Under the pieces are notes generated by a model. That model was not told the DNA's origin and searched no databases. It was given only the letters and a program-made list of their open reading frames with translations. Positions 62,921 through 64,000 of a DNA stretch of 64,000 nt are shown in pieces (positions within the stretch are counted from its first letter, which is position 1; each line of letters begins with the position of its first letter). The stretch is from Antedon mediterranea (Eukaryota; Animalia; Echinodermata): the NCBI RefSeq assembly GCF_964355755.1, contig NC_092670.1, positions 26,894,795 through 26,958,794 of the forward strand, given 5' to 3'. Made by a program: the position numbers and the translations under genes.

Positions 62921-64000
62921 AATAATGCTGCCGGGTGTCTAATAATGGTACAAGAAAACCATACAAAACAGGTGAGAATAGCAATAGGCTAGGCCTATAT
63001 AACTCTTCGTTAGTAGTAGTGCTTAGGCCCCTGTTGAGAAAAAAAGAGTTATTTCTAGGCCTAGGCTAGTAGTAGTATTATTACTATTTAGTGGACAATG
63101 CACCTAGTAGGCTAAACAAAACCAGGCTACATTTGGTTGGCATCCTTAGGATGTGGGCCTACATATGTGTACCACACTATTTTTCAATTCAATTTCAATG
63201 AGCTATTATTACACAACAAAAGCTTAACTTTTAGTATTTAGTTTTAAAAAGTAAATGAACATAACATACGAAATATAACACTTCAGCCTTTTTCTTCTTA
63301 GAAATTAATACTTAAATTATGTAATTAAAGGATAATTTATTACAGTTGTTTTCCCATTATATTACGATTTTACTGATTGGTACTTTATTGTCATTATTTT
63401 TACTTCTTTGTACTGTGTATAGCTGTGTAAGTTGAGGAGACACAGATGCAAAATAAATCTACCACTACTCCTACAGAAAAAACTGACTTAAAGACAAAAA
63501 ATATAAATATTCTTGAAACTAATAGACACGAGGTAAGTCTTGAATGGATGCTTTTGACTATTATATGGAGAATATCTGATCTACAGTATGTATCCATGGT
63601 TTGACCAAAATCACTGGCACAGTAAAAGCATCTCATATTGTATATGTTAATGTTTCTTATCTAATTAATGATTCAAAACCTAAAATTTTAAAAATGTTTT
63701 ATATAAACCAAACATTCATTCAACTTAGATAATAATGGAACATTATTTGTTACAGAAATGGTACCAGGCCTGGCTACAAAATGATTATCCAGCTTATTAG
63801 TACAGTAAAATTATACTATAGTGTTGTTTCTTTGATGGTGAATAAAAGGTTTCTACATTTAAATACTGCATAAATCCAATACAAAAATTACTGAAAAACT
63901 GATCGGACAGATCTAAACTGATCGACTGCTTTTCTCTCTCTCTCTTTGGAGATGATATAATATAATAAGCAAAACTCTAAATAAAAACCAAAAATAATCA

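Overview
AT-rich, intron-rich animal genomic DNA, probably a marine invertebrate (echinoderm-like by inference only). Three spliced host genes were rebuilt by hand from GT-AG boundaries: a polypeptide GalNAc-transferase (minus strand, runs off the left edge), a complete 12-coding-exon ABCF2 (plus strand, 605 aa), and the 3' part of SMARCAL1 (minus strand, runs off the right edge). RNA genes are an intact tRNA-Gly(TCC), two degenerate tRNA-Val(AAC) copies, and SNORD89-like U2-complementary C/D RNAs in ABCF2 introns (two intact, one broken by nested MITEs). There is also a minimal hammerhead ribozyme in a Penelope-type repeat. Mobile DNA is dense: MITEs of several superfamilies, Helitron/Helentron-type repeats, a tRNA-headed SINE, and L1/Tx1 and CR1/L2 LINE remnants. 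The most unusual object is a 5.9-kb TIR-bounded P-element/THAP9-like transposon. Its transposase ends just after the catalytic Glu, and what looks like the missing P-transposase C-terminal domain is encoded as a separate, convergent gene. A second notable object is a 2.7-kb TIR element with a 7-bp TSD, filled with a 106-bp satellite that carries the element's own TIR motif and flips orientation. All homology statements come from recalled motifs; no database search was run.
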